64,000 nucleotides of DNA from contig NC_042999.1 of NCBI RefSeq assembly GCF_006345805.1, forward strand, positions 61,318,001 through 61,382,000. The letters run 5' to 3'. Origin of the DNA: Octopus sinensis. Taxonomy: Eukaryota. The translations under genes and the position numbers were made by a program. The notes beneath the pieces are model-generated. The model saw only the letters and a program-made list of their open reading frames with translations. It was not told the origin of the DNA and searched no databases. Shown piece after piece: positions 1 through 13,129 of this stretch. Position 1 is the first letter of the stretch. Each line of letters starts with the position of its first letter.

Positions 1-121
1 TTACAAGTGTCTTTGATGTACAGTCACAAGTCTGTGCACGCATGCGCCCATATCAGTACGTTTGCTTGTATATGCATAAGCTATAATTTAAATATCCAGA
101 GAGATTTTGTTGGTTGAATAT

Positions 122-529
122 TCTTTTACTGTTTTACTCCTTTAATTGTTCCAGTCATTTGACGGCGGCCATGCTGGAGCACCGCCTTTAGTCGAGCAAA
201 CGCCCCTTTGTAAGCCTAGTACTTATTCTATCGGTCATATTTGCCGAACCGCTAGGTTACGGGAACGTAAACACACCAGCGTCGGTTGTCAAGCGATGTT
301 GGGTGGGAGGCAAACACAGACACACAGACATATACACACACATACATATATACTTATAAATATAACGACGGGCTTCTTTCAGTTTCCGTCCACCAAATCC
401 ACTCACAAGGCTTTGGTCGGCCCGAGGCTATAGTAGAAGACACTTGCTCAAGGTGCCACGCAGTTGGACTGAACCCGGAACCATATGGCTGGAAGGCAAG
501 CTAATTACCACTCAGCCACTCCTGTGCCT
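122..529 (-). mobile_element. SINE family A: tRNA-like head, CORE-like block, internal microsatellite, 3' half ending in AGTAAAAG repeats
   Basis: Reverse complement matches the other copies (e.g. 42808-43206): GTGGCTG..TGGTAA..AGCTTGC head, GGTTCAGTCC B-box-like motif, CCTTG.GCAAGTGTCTTCTACTATAGCCTCGGGCCGACC body, CA/TA tract and GCTCCAGCATGGCC 3' block. Confidence 0.85.
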
Positions 530-906
530 TAACTATAAATAAGTTAAAAGGTTTCCTTAAAGCTTTTAATAATCCAACATTTCGGGCGTAAAATATCTTT
601 TGAATAGAAAATACTGCTTTGAGGAGAATAATAGAAAAATGACTAAATTTCTGATGCAGGTTCAACTCTGTCTATATAGGTATGGAACTGCCATAAACTT
701 AGGATTTTATCCATCTCCTTCAATGAAAATAAGTATTCTCCCTCGAAAGAACGGATTATTGAATGTTTTATTATAAGTGTTCATTGAAGCATGTCTATAT
801 TCAGTCCTCATACAATGCCGTTGGTGACTAATAACTCACCAATTTCCTTTATATTACGTGCACTGCTACGAAGAATCAACGCAAGCATACGCAGACACGT
901 TCACGT

Positions 907-926
907 ATACATATATATGAGCGTAC

Positions 927-968
<42 letters not shown>

Positions 969-1030
969 GTGTGTATGAGTGTGTGTATGTCTGTGTGTGT
1001 GTATGTGTGTGTGTGTTTGTGTGCGTCGGT

Positions 1031-1082
<52 letters not shown>

Positions 1083-1106
1083 TATATATATATATATGTG
1101 GTGTGT

Positions 1107-1149
<43 letters not shown>
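907..1149. repeat. Compound (TA)n/(TG)n microsatellite
   Basis: Direct reading; the YI/CV/HT ORFs here are translation artefacts. Confidence 0.95.
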
Positions 1150-1899
1150 GTAAAATATAGAACAGAAGACAAAAGGAACGGGTAAAAATTTGCTTAAGAC
1201 ATTAAAACCTAGATCCTGTCTTCAAAAATTGATCACCAGGTTTTTGGAACTGAACAAGTAGTTTTGAATACGGCTAACCGAACTGCTATGTCACGTGCGC
1301 CTTTCTGTTACCTAAACATACAGATGTAATTTTATTTATTTTACATACTTTTAAATTTCTGGGTTGAAAGAAAATATTAGAAAACACTTAACATTTTAAG
1401 TATACCAACGTGACATACGAAGTAGTCAACAACTGTAGGTAAGACGATACGATGAATATCGAATAGTGTTAAAAATTCAACGCAGAAAATACTGTCCAAA
1501 TGGAAATGTCTAGAACAAAGAAACTCAGGAAATGTTGTAACAGGTGTAACAGAGGCAGGCCAAATTTCACTTGGTTAATGGCATTTCAAGTTGACTTGAA
1601 TACAGTCGACATTATGCGGAATGGATGAGCGAAAATGGTAGCCGACCTAACCTGGTGTTGGAGCTTGCTGTTCAATGCACTGAGCAGTCTAGGAGGATTT
1701 AAATCTAATAGCTAAGCCTGCAACATCTATTATCTGTCTAAATTGATAGAAGAAACAACAGGAAAGGATTCCAAATACGTCTATATGACAGAATTGCAAC
1801 TTAGGAATCTAAAAAATGATTTCAAGCTCCTTAAAATAAAGCGAATTTTCGTTAGCTAAGATTTTTTGAAGAGAATAAGAGAAAAATGATAGATCTGTG

Positions 1900-2215
1900 A
1901 TACATCTGTGATACCTCTGTGATACATCTGGCCATTGTTGTTAAAGATCTTCCAGGGGTATTCGGATGTTTCGAGTCTTTCGAAAGTCGGACCCTCAACC
2001 AGGTGAACCAGCTACGGTTGACCATCTCAGATACCGCCACTCTCTCTCGCCCTCTCGCGCTCACCTGCATACCCTCAGCCATCTTGAAGCAACATCTGAT
2101 GCGCCAACAGCTAATTTTATGGCATTCCTTCTACGTGCTACTATGATGGCCAAACTATTTTAGATTCCAGAAAAGGATTGGAATACTAGCAATCTCCACC
2201 CCATCAGACCCTTCT
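1900..2215 (+). pseudogene. Possible highly decayed LINE reverse-transcriptase fragment
   Basis: Translates to KDLPGVFG...MAKLF*IPEKDWNTSNLHPIR, loosely like the PGPDG and IPK...NYRPI motifs of LINE RT. Weak. Confidence 0.3.
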
Positions 2216-2454
2216 TTATCATAACTCCCCAGCATCAACTTATTTCGCTTCCTTCTGTTGATTTATAGTAGTAGTCGCTACAGTGAAAGGTACTAAACCT
2301 GACCTTTTTGATGGCCCACATGACTGCTACACCACGTGTACATTGATCGTATCAAACCAGTGGAACTAAATTTTATTCCCTTCATATGTTTTTAGTTAAA
2401 TTCTCAAAGCTTTATATACACATAGCTTTATGTCTGTATATATATATATAACTT

Positions 2455-2491
<37 letters not shown>

Positions 2492-2524
2492 CATAGATAC
2501 ATATACATCCACAGTCACACATAT

Positions 2525-2624
<100 letters not shown>

Positions 2625-3119
2625 CATATATAATACATGTATGCGCGTGTGTGGTGTGTCTATCTGTGTATGCACATATATTGAACAATAAACACTGTAA
2701 TTCCACAAAACGGGAGTTAATATTTATGTACATGCTCTGCTGTCCATATATAATGCATTGTGCGCATATAAATATAGCTGAATGAAAAGAGACTTCAAGT
2801 CTGAATGATTCTCTATAACGTGAAGAAACACTATAAAGCGACCATAATTATGCATATATTGACAACTAGAGATATGGATGATGTGTTTCTTTGAGTCCAT
2901 CTCTTATGCACCTCTGCGCAAATGATAATTGTAAAATGCACAATTGCTGACAAAAGATGTAGTCCTACACTTTACGTTAACTATGTTGGCAGTTATCCAG
3001 ATATTGCCGTTGAAGTTTAGCAACAGATATAATCTTTCTTTTGTCTTTTTTTTGTGCTTATTTTTGTTCTTGTTTGATATCCTATATGTCCTTTTTCCGA
3101 ATATTTCTTCATACGATTA

Positions 3120-3638
3120 CCATAAATCCTCGAGTATAGTCCGCCCTTGTGTATAATACGCAGAGAATTTTTAGAGAGTTGTACCTCTGAAAAACCTAAA
3201 CCTTGTGTATAATACGCACCCTTTCTCTAACTTGAGTCGTGCATAATTAAGCCAGCAGCACCTAGTCGAACAAACACTTCCGCGCATGCGTAATACAATA
3301 ATGGTGATATTCTTAACTGTTATATGGGAATATAAATGTTTGCAAATTGTGTTAGTTACATGTTATTCTGTGTTCTGAATACTTTCATTTTAATAAATGT
3401 TGCTTAATACAAGTTATTGATTATTCTTTTATGACTTCATTGCTTTCAGGATTAGCTTAATGTATTTTCGCGCCCGACATCACAAAGTGCGTCGGAATAA
3501 ACATTGCCGGACAGCAAATAGAGACTCGGGCATTGCTTAGAAATTATTTTTCATTTTTAATCTCGTATATAGTACGCACTAATGGTTTTTACCTTTAAAT
3601 TTTGGGGGAAAATGCGGATTTTACTCGAGGATTTACGG
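3120..3638. mobile_element. MITE of Tc1/mariner-pogo type (CCGTA termini), TA TSD
   Basis: TIRs CCATAAATCCTCGAGTATAGTCCGC and reverse complement CCGTAAATCCTCGAGTAAAATCCGC (22/25 identical); TA at 3118-3119 and 3639-3640; no ORF. Confidence 0.85.
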
Positions 3639-4187
3639 TATATGATGCATGAGGAATTATTCGTCCTACTCTTTCTAATTCGTTTCATCCACCTGCATGG
3701 ATAAGATCTTGGGCAAAGCTACATAGGATATCTACCGTGGATGAATATTTACTGCCACTGATTTAACTAAGTGTTCTTTAATACTGCATCGAAGAAAACT
3801 GGGACAGTTATCCAGCAGAAACACATGTCGGATTGGAATCTAATGATTATAAAAATATCAGAGATAATTTCAATAAATCAAGAATTTGCGTTGTATGGTA
3901 TTTGGTACAACCTTAGAATTTGTTGTAGAAAGACAGACCACTATCTGCTCTGAGTTAGTTCTCTTGGCTCATTTAATTTTTTTATATGTACATAAGTGTG
4001 TGCGTCTGTGTGTTAGGGTCTGTACATACGAAAGGAAGCGAGATTGAAGGAATTGTCTAGAATTCATATATGTTGTTCAATATTTGGTGACTCAAGCGGC
4101 TAATGCTAATACCTAACGGTTAATAGTCAGGGATGAGTGTGTCGAATTTATCAGATGTCCGCCATGATTGACTACATATGAATACAG

Positions 4188-4321
<134 letters not shown>

Positions 4322-4745
4322 TTGTGCTGATGTTACCAACAGCCAAAGCAGCAACAATAGCTTCCTATCCTATGAGTCAAACCATAACGATATAACTAAC
4401 AGAATAACAGCCTTCGTCCCAGATTATTTCACATCATGAAAACATTAGTCTGTGCTTAATCTTAAAATTAGACCCACAATCTAACGCTCATTATATAAGA
4501 TTTTATGTTATTCTGTCCTCCATATCGAAAGCCTATACTCCTAACCTTTTATGCTTACGGCATCATCTCTGATGTGCTCACCAAAAGATTTCACCATCTC
4601 AGATCTGTGACAAATACAACCGATATTTTTTCTGCCCCGATGATTCTTTTCCTTTTTACACCTCTGTAGTTTCTTCCCCAGTTTTCTCTAACTATTCACC
4701 AACTGCATCATTTTTCTCTTCACCTTTACTACTTCTGAATCGCTA

Positions 4746-4793
<48 letters not shown>

Positions 4794-4860
4794 CAACCAA
4801 TATTGGCGGTGTATAGTTGGACATAGACGACAGGAAAGGATAAGTCGCAGCTATGTTCTT

Positions 4861-5286
4861 ATTTCTTTATTGCCCACAAGGGGCTAAACACAGAGGGGAC
4901 AAACAAGGAGAGACACGCGGATTAAGTCGATTATATCGACCCCAGTGCGTAACTGGTACTTAATTTTTCGACCTCGAAAGGATGAAAGGCAAAGTCGACC
5001 TCGGCGAAATTTGAACTCAGAACGGAACAGCAGACGAAATACCTATTTCTTTATTACCCACAAGGGGCTAAATATAGAGGGGACAAACAAGAACAGATAT
5101 GGGTATTAAGTCGATTATATGAACCCCAGTGCGTAACTGGTACTTATTTAATCGACCCCGAAAGGATGAACGGCAAAGTCGACCTCGGCGGAATTTGAAC
5201 TCAGAACGTAACGGCAGACGAAATACCGCAAAGCATTTCGCCCGGCGTGCTAACGTTTCTACCAGCTCGCCGCCTTTATTTTCTGG
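4861..5286 (-). mobile_element. SINE family B (tail-1 subfamily), dimeric, with 15-bp TSD
   Basis: One head (GGCGGCGAGCTGG) plus two ~183-bp units containing GTTCAAAT and CTTTCATCCTTTCG.GGTCGA; TSD CGCAGCTATGTTCTT at 4846-4860 and 5287-5301. Confidence 0.9.
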
Positions 5287-5364
5287 CGCAGCTATGTTCT
5301 TGTGTATGTCTTCCATTAGGTGTGGTTTAACCATCAGCACATTTGAAATTTCGTCAGTATAACG

Positions 5365-5790
5365 CCATCGTTCTGCCTACTGGAATATATACCGGAGAAC
5401 GTAGTAAGGGCAGTTAGAAAACTAAATAATCTCCATCAAAGGTGACTTAGAAAAATCCTGCTTGTTATCTTTTAGGATTGTATTACAGTGAGATCATGAC
5501 CACTACAAGAGACCATAACAGAGCCCTGATATGGCAATGTTGACCACATTGCTCGTTTAACCTATCAACAGCTCGGAAAATCAACCATCACTTGGGTACC
5601 GCTTGTCAACAGGTGGAACAGGGGCAGACCAAGGATCATTTCGTGACAAACATATCAAGATGACCTGAAAGCAGCCAACATTATGTGGGATGGATGTGCA
5701 ATAGTAGCAGCCGCCGAACCCGGTGATGGAAGCTTACTGCCCAATATGCTGAGCAGTCCAGAAGGATCTACATCAAACAGCTAAGCCTCC
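5365..5790 (+). mobile_element. RTE-clade LINE 3' fragment (decayed)
   Basis: Translates to KLNNLHQR*LRKIL and WVPLVNRWNRGRPR...DDLKAAN, typical of the RTE ORF C-terminus. Confidence 0.7.
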
Positions 5791-6762
5791 AAAACCACTC
5801 GTTTGTTCAGTATTCGCAGTCATGAGTCAGTTTCCTCAATCAAACCTACAAGCATACACCAGGCGTACTCAATGAATCGACTGTACCAGTTTACTGACCA
5901 TTACTAATATGGATCAATTCGAATGCTGAACAGTAACAGTAACTTATGTGTTTTGTTTATTTGGTATGTAGTTGATATACGCATCCTTTCCTCTACCGTG
6001 ACTACACGGGACTCAGCAATGAACAGACAAGCGATACTATATCATTCCTTGTATTCCATTTTCATCTCAATATCACAGTGACGGATAATATCAATACAAG
6101 TTTTTGAAAGAAAGCCACCTGAAGAGATTTATTCTTCTGATGCACATATACCCCTCCCCTATTTGTTGTAAGATCTAGTATATGCAAAAGGGAGAGTCCA
6201 GTATTAAGCACAGATGCAGTGAAACTGATAATAGTGCTGACCATAGCACAGCGCTCCAAATGGTACTGGATATAAGATACCTGTAACCAACCATCGCCAG
6301 ATCAAGCGCGGGAGGTGGAAGAACTTCCAAGACTCGCCTTCCGATATTACCACACTTTAACACCCACACAACCAGTTATTCTTAGGAAGGACTTGACAAA
6401 GTCTGGTCCAATGAGGATCGCCTTTACTTAAAGCACCTGTCGAGAGAATTACTTCGCAACGAAAAGCATCTATGTACACCGTTCAGCTGACCCGTTTGCT
6501 ACATTGGTATCATATTCATTGCGCTAAATGGGTCAAATGTTACATACGTAGCACCATTCGGTTCTTGCTTATTTTCACCAAAGAATAATGTTATGCAAGC
6601 GCATCACCTTCAAAAAATGATACTCTAAAAATGCAGGAACTTCAACAAGAATATCGCATATCACAGTGACCATTACAACCAGAAATCGTTAGATCAGTAA
6701 ACTACAGTTTGAAAAAAAAAAAAAAACAGGGCCATGAAAAGAACATAAGCTAAATATTAGCA

Positions 6763-7075
6763 GTGGAGGGGCAATGGCCCAATGGTTAGGGCAGTGGACT
6801 CGCGGTCGGAGGATCGCGGTTTCGATTTCCAGACCGGGCGTTGGTTGTGTTTATTGAGCGAAAACACCTAATGCTCCTCGAGGCTCCGGCAGGGGTGGGT
6901 GGAGACCCATGTTGTACACTTTCGCTCCAACTTTCTCTGGCTCTTTCTTCCTCTGTCTTGAGTAACGCTGCAATGGACTGTCGTCCCGTCCAGCTAGAGG
7001 GGGGCACATACGCCAGAGAAACCGGGAAACCAGGCCCATGAGCAGCTTAAAAATGGCGCATAAATAAATAATAAA
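6763..7075 (+). mobile_element. SINE family C: tRNA-like head with V-domain-like central motif
   Basis: CCCAATGGTTAGGGC A-box-like and GGTTTCGATT B-box-like motifs, GATGGACTG.CGTCCCGTCCAG motif, AAAT-rich tail; matches 10994 and 23677. Confidence 0.8.
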
Positions 7076-7707
7076 TATCAGCCACCATGTAAAATTTAAT
7101 AAGTGACAATCGCCATTTTAAGTAAACACACTTTATAGCCAAAGGAATATAATAGCCCCAGGAACACAATAACTACACCGCATCCTACACTTTTACAGAA
7201 GTGGTTTTTCAAGTGTCACATACAATAATTCGACAGGTCAGTCTAATCGGTATAGTTGTTTTCTTCATTTTCTCCCGCGCTTTTTATGTTTCTCCTAATC
7301 TCTTGTTCTGTTAATGCCTTGATAAAGAGGTTTTTAACCCGAAATATCCGTCTAATTAAATATTTCTCAGTTTACGTTTTAATACCTTTGTTTTATATTT
7401 TATTTTTGCTGTTGTTGTTGTTGTTGTTACGTCTTCTGTCACATATTTTTACTGTTCTGCAATGCTTCAGGCAAACTACGACATTATACTTTCTTTCTCA
7501 GCCTCTCTTTATTTGTCTCTCTCTTTCCCCCCCCCTCTCTCTCTCTCTGCACAGCACATACACACACGCATATATATATATATATACTCATGTATATATT
7601 ACAACTGTATATGTGTCTGCGTGTCTGTGTGTCTGCGTGCTGATGTGTGTATATATGTATGTACATAGACAAAATACACACACACAAAATCACACACACA
7701 CACACAT

Positions 7708-7743
<36 letters not shown>

Positions 7744-8765
7744 GCATATACTTGTATGTAGTATAACCAGAGGATTCTTTGTGCGTGCTTCTGTTTGTTT
7801 ATGTGTATGCGTGTTTTCGGGCGAGTGTGAATGTATGTATGTTGTCTATGGTGTGTGTGTGTGCGTGTGTGTGTTTGTGTTTGCGTGTGTGTGAAGGAAT
7901 AGAGAGTTAGGGAGAGAGAATTAAATATTTTTAGAAGTAATATTGAAATGATTTATGTTAGTGAAAATTGCTTTTGTCTTGGTCTTTCCTTTTTTTCTCT
8001 TCCTTCTCTTCTAAACCATGGTCTTCGTTAAAGTAAAAGCAAATATGTCGAATTTTTCGAGGAATTACTATCGGAAAATATAATAAAGTATTATATTTAT
8101 ATTTTAAGTGACTATTTGTGTCAAATCGTCAAATTGACTCTCAGACGTGTTCGAGCTGACTTAAAATAATTGAGCAATTTATTTATGGATATGTATCAAC
8201 TATACAATCCACAAAGCAGATATATTCAAAAATCCATAAATCTATTACATCTTGGAAAATATCCAATATTCTATAGCTGCATTCCTCAAAATAGCAGCTG
8301 ATTTATGTTGTAGTAAGCTAATATTTCTATCAATGAAGGATCTATTCAAGCTGAATTGGATATATCTATTATGAACTATAAATATATCACAAAATGTAAG
8401 CTGACGTTGACTTTTTACTTATATGCTATCTAATGTCACTTTATATGGATATTTTTAAGTATTGGTTTAATATTGTGAAAGTACTGTTCTCTTTTCTACT
8501 CTATTCCCAGAGTTAATCTCCAATGTCACTTTTCTCAATTTCGAATAATAAATAGAAATCTGAATTATTTATTCACTGGCAAAACGTGATGATGTTACGG
8601 ATTTCTATTTTCGTTTTTCCTATTAATGCCTTCGAATATCAAGCTAACTTAGCAAGGCACTACTTGCATTAAAACATAACATTTCCAGAACTTTCACGAC
8701 ATACAGACGCCTATCTGTTCTTCATTTCATTCTCTCTCTCTCTCTCCTCTCTCTTCTCTCTCCTC

Positions 8766-8803
<38 letters not shown>

Positions 8804-8821
8804 GTATATATATATATTATA

Positions 8822-8882
<61 letters not shown>

Positions 8883-9108
8883 GTTAATCCAAACAAGAAA
8901 ACACACAAAAAAAAACATAACACGCGAGGACGTGGAACAAATAAGTATTATTGGACGCTCAGGAAAGAAGGGAAGAAGGAGGGTTTAACGTTTCGAGCGT
9001 AGCTCTTCGTCGGAAACATAGGAGAAGGAAAGATCCCGAGAAGAGAAGACAGAGGGAAAAAAATCGCCAACGGTACACACGAGGTCACATTTTGAATGGT
9101 ATTGAAAG
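8883..9108 (-). mobile_element. (TA)n-flanked mini-element with minimal hammerhead motif (family D-a, Penelope-like derivative?)
   Basis: (TA)n on both sides; minus strand reads GTTT CCGACGA A GAGC TAC GCTC GAAACGTT AAAC. Confidence 0.6.
8983..9017 (-). ncRNA. Candidate minimal type I hammerhead ribozyme motif
   Basis: Stem I GTTT/AAAC, core CCGACGA...GAAA, stem II GAGC/GCTC, palindromic ACGT stem III. Activity unknown. Confidence 0.5.
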
Positions 9109-9614
9109 ATATATATATATTATAATATATATATATATATATCTTTCTCTCTCTAACACATACCCTAAATAGCCTCGCCTCAGCTTAAACTTACTAAACA
9201 AAGTAAAACTATAATGCTGGGCCAAAATTTGTTGGCTATATTATTTCTTAATTCAAACAAAATCTTTCTTCATCAATGTTGCTACATACTTTGCTATAAA
9301 ATATATTAAAATGGCGTTATCCTACCGGATAAATTCTGAGATCTGGATTTTATTAAATATACCATTTGATGCATTGCAAAATAAATGGAAATTTTCCAAT
9401 ATTTCTGGAATCAAATGAGATGATATTATATATATATTAGTTAAATATGGTTTCCTTTGACGAAAGAGAAATAACTGGTGATATCTTTGCTATTTAGGAA
9501 AGTAATATGCTGAGGAGGACTAATAACATAGAAACAAGTGTTGAATTGTGATGTACATAAAATTACAAGCTACATACGTGTATGAAAAACACATATTCTA
9601 CATACATGCCGACA

Positions 9615-9647
<33 letters not shown>

Positions 9648-9960
9648 TATATATATATATATTATATATATATATATATTATATATAATATATATATATA
9701 TATATACATATATATATTGGACTGCTCGCTTAGCCAGCGGGATGGAGTCATTTGAAGGGTAAACAATGCGAAGCGTATTGTGACCAGCTATGTGTAGCAG
9801 CATCTGATAGCCTGGTGTTGAGGATTTCCACTTCGGCATCCGAAACTCGGAGTTTTATCTTGGCTATTGAATAATTGTCACATATTATTTTACAGATAAA
9901 TTTCCTCTATTTACATAATATTGAGGTATCCTTCTTTCTTTTGTTATCTTACCGTTTTTA

Positions 9961-9998
<38 letters not shown>

Positions 9999-10149
9999 CA
10001 AAATTTAGAGGATATATATAAGGCCTGCTCGCATAGCCAGCGGGGTGGCGTCATTTGAATGCTAAAACAATGTGAAGCGTATTGTGACCAGCCATGTGTA
10101 GCAGCATCTGATAGCCTGGTCGATCACGGTGATCACGGTGATATATATA

Positions 10150-10218
<69 letters not shown>

Positions 10219-10433
10219 GTATATATATATATATACCTTAGACGTTCTTTTAATACAAACTGGGTACAAATCCAGTTAAGTTGTTCTAATTTATTTCTTA
10301 ATCCTATGATTTAGATAACTTATAGCTTAAACATTTTTTGTTAATTTAATAAATTTTTTATACAATTTTTATAAAATTATTTTTATATATATCGTTAAAA
10401 TGTTTATATATATATATAAATGCCAAAACCTCT

Positions 10434-10997
10434 AGGCCTACCTCTCTGACTTCACACACAAGCAAAGTCATGGAACGGATAGTCAGAGGGGAAACTAATA
10501 GCATTCCTTGAAGAAAATTACTTAATTAGTGACACTCAACATGGCTTTCGGCTGCCTAACCTACCTCTTGTAGCACTATCACTGGGTATTGGAGCAGTTA
10601 CTCGACAACTCAAATGACTTTGCCAAAGCTTTTGATAAAGTGGATCATGGTATGGTATGCCAGAAACTGCGTGATATCCGTATAGTTGGAAAACTTGGGG
10701 TGGTTGTATGACTTTCTGAAAGATAGTCATGCATTAGTGGCAAATGGAGCCACCTCAACGAAAATACAAATGGTGAGTGGTGTTCCACAAGGCACTGTCT
10801 TGGGATCACTGCTTTTCATAGTGGCCCTCTCAGATATGCCCTCAGCTGCCCGGATAGCCGCCGATGCTAGCTACTCAGACGATACGAAAGTCACGCAGTA
10901 AATACAGAACCCCTGATGTTGCACACCTGCAGCAGGAGATGGACTCAATTTACAGATGGGCTGGGGATAATAATATGCAGTTTAATGCTGAAAAATG
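10434..10997 (+). mobile_element. CR1-clade LINE reverse-transcriptase fragment (frameshifted)
   Basis: RPTSLTSHTSKVMERI, QHGFR, DFAKAFDKVDHG, SGVPQGTVLGSLLF, YSDDTK and WAGDNNMQFNAEK motifs. Confidence 0.9.
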
Positions 10998-11262
10998 ACC
11001 CAGTGGTTAGGGCAGCGGAGTCGCGGTTTCGATTCCCGGACCGGGCGTTGTGTATGTTTATTGAGCGAAAACACCTCGGAGCTCCACGAGGCTCCGGCAA
11101 GGGCTTGTGGCGACCCATGTTGTACTCTTTCGCCACAACTTTCTCTCTCACTCTCTCTTCCTGTTTCCTGAGTAACGCCGTGATGGTCCAGCTGGGGGGA
11201 ACACATACGCTTAAAAACCGGGAAACCGGGCCCATGAGCCTGGCTAGGCTTAAAAGGGCGAC
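10994..11262 (+). mobile_element. SINE family C copy abutting the CR1 fragment
   Basis: Homologous to 6763-7075 and 23677-23997. Confidence 0.8.
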
Positions 11263-12668
11263 GATTATCGTTTATATATATATAATTCAGTCTCTCTGTG
11301 TGTCTTCCACGCACGGCCAAAATGCTGGATCACTCTGTACCAAACATGGCGTGAATGTTTTTCATTACTCGGGGAAGGTTCGAGGTGGGGTCACATTTTG
11401 GCTGTAGCCCATATAAGGAGCTGTCCCCTCCAATACGACCGTTCCAATTTATCGTTTCAGCAGATTCGTATTTTTTCGGTGACGGAAATTCCGAATATGC
11501 AAAAACAAAACACGTTTTCAAAGTTTTAAATCTCCCCTTCCCCAAAATTTTTCAAATTTATTTTCAATCTACGTTGAAAAATACGGAGATTGTGAATATG
11601 AAAAAAAATTATTTCATATGAGCAACTCAAAAATTGATCGATACACCCCTCGGCATTCCATCCCGCTGTCTAAAACTGAAAATGCTAACAATAGAAGCTA
11701 AATGTCTGGAAAATTTCTTTTTGTGTGTGCTCGCGCGCAACAATCTCTACAGTTTATGTGAATGAACAGAGAAAGTAAACAGAAATATGTTTTATATACT
11801 TGTCGTATAGGTCGATTTTGTTTTTTTCGCTTTAGAGGTAAACGATTCTTGTAGAAGCAAACACGATATTGAATAATTCTCCGTCATGCGTCTTTGACTC
11901 CGCCTCATTTTTTAAAGTAAAGATAAACGCTTCGAAATTGTGATAATGAAACAAGGGACTTTAGTCTTTACGGTGAAAATTAATTTGTCTTGCAAAAGAG
12001 GGGGTCGCATTTTCTCTCTTTTTCAATATTTAATTAGAAAATAGAATATGTTCTTACCAAAAACGTTAAAGCTTTACTAACTTGATCCACCTATCACTGA
12101 ACCAGGATGTTAATTTCATTCGACATACACTTTGCTATCATATACAAGGAGAATTGAAAACGTGGCACATAATAAATATAACTTATTTTGATGTAATTAT
12201 TATGAGTACATTTCTGTAAATATTTTTCATGCGCAGTAACCTACACACACACCTGCACAATTTCGCACGCGGATACACATGGACGATACACATGTGGGCA
12301 ATAAAGAAATAAGAAACCTTATTGTTTCTTTGTCTTCTGAAAATTACACAAGTGGTGTGTGACCTCAAATTTTTAGTTTTAGTATGTAGAATTCTAGTTC
12401 TTCGTGGAAGCCTCCTGCAACCAAACGGGTTGCAGGGGCTTAATGCCGGCCCTGCTGTAAACACATTTATAGTTTAGGGTTACAGATAGGGTTAATATTT
12501 AGAGAGTATGGTGTTAATATAAATATTTACCAATTACGTTTATCAGCAACCAAGATTTTTGTGAAGCTGCTGGTATGAATGCACGCGCGACAGAACCGTA
12601 CTCAGAAATTTTGTTTCAGAAAAGTACTTATTGCATATCCTGCTGTCATTTCATTGGATCAATCCCAA

Positions 12669-12786
12669 CAAGACACGACTTCATTGAAACAGTCCTTCCC
12701 GCAAGGCAAATTAAATAAAATTTGGGATCCCAAATTTTATTTAATTTACTTTGCGGGAAGGACTGTTTCATCGAAGTCGTGTCTTG
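12669..12786. repeat. 118-bp spacerless palindrome
   Basis: 59-bp arms with 4 mismatches, centred on GGATCC (12727/12728). Confidence 0.95.
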
Positions 12787-13011
12787 TCCTTGCCCTCGAA
12801 CACTGAGTAGTTGGAACAGGGACAACTGAAGAAAGAGAATATTCTTTATGTTGTACATCTCGTTTCTCTCGGTTTTTTTCGTTCGAAAAAAATTCGTTTC
12901 TATGTTTCTGTTTTTATGTTTTTGTTTCTCATTGTGTTCAATGCTTCTTTGATGTTCTGTATATATGCATGCATATATACATATACATGTAGGTACGTAC
13001 ATATATGTATG

Positions 13012-13079
<68 letters not shown>

Positions 13080-13129
13080 ATAACGAACCATGTAATTCAT
13101 ACTCTGGAAAATTTATTTCTGTAAAATGT

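Noticed and set aside
791-1185. Many 60-140 aa ORFs rich in YI, CV, HT or YLSI here and throughout the window
   Set aside because: They are translations of (TA)n, (TG)n and (GATA)n microsatellites.
4861-5286. CRISPR-like or retrozyme-like repeat arrays in the SINE-B multimers
   Set aside because: Units are SINE bodies with no unique spacers; no hammerhead, HDV or twister core was found by eye.
6250-6420. Possible CR1 3' end (LDKVWS)
   Set aside because: Only one short motif; too weak to call.
6763-6840. Bona fide tRNA genes in the heads of SINE-A, B or C
   Set aside because: No complete cloverleaf; the heads run directly into SINE bodies.
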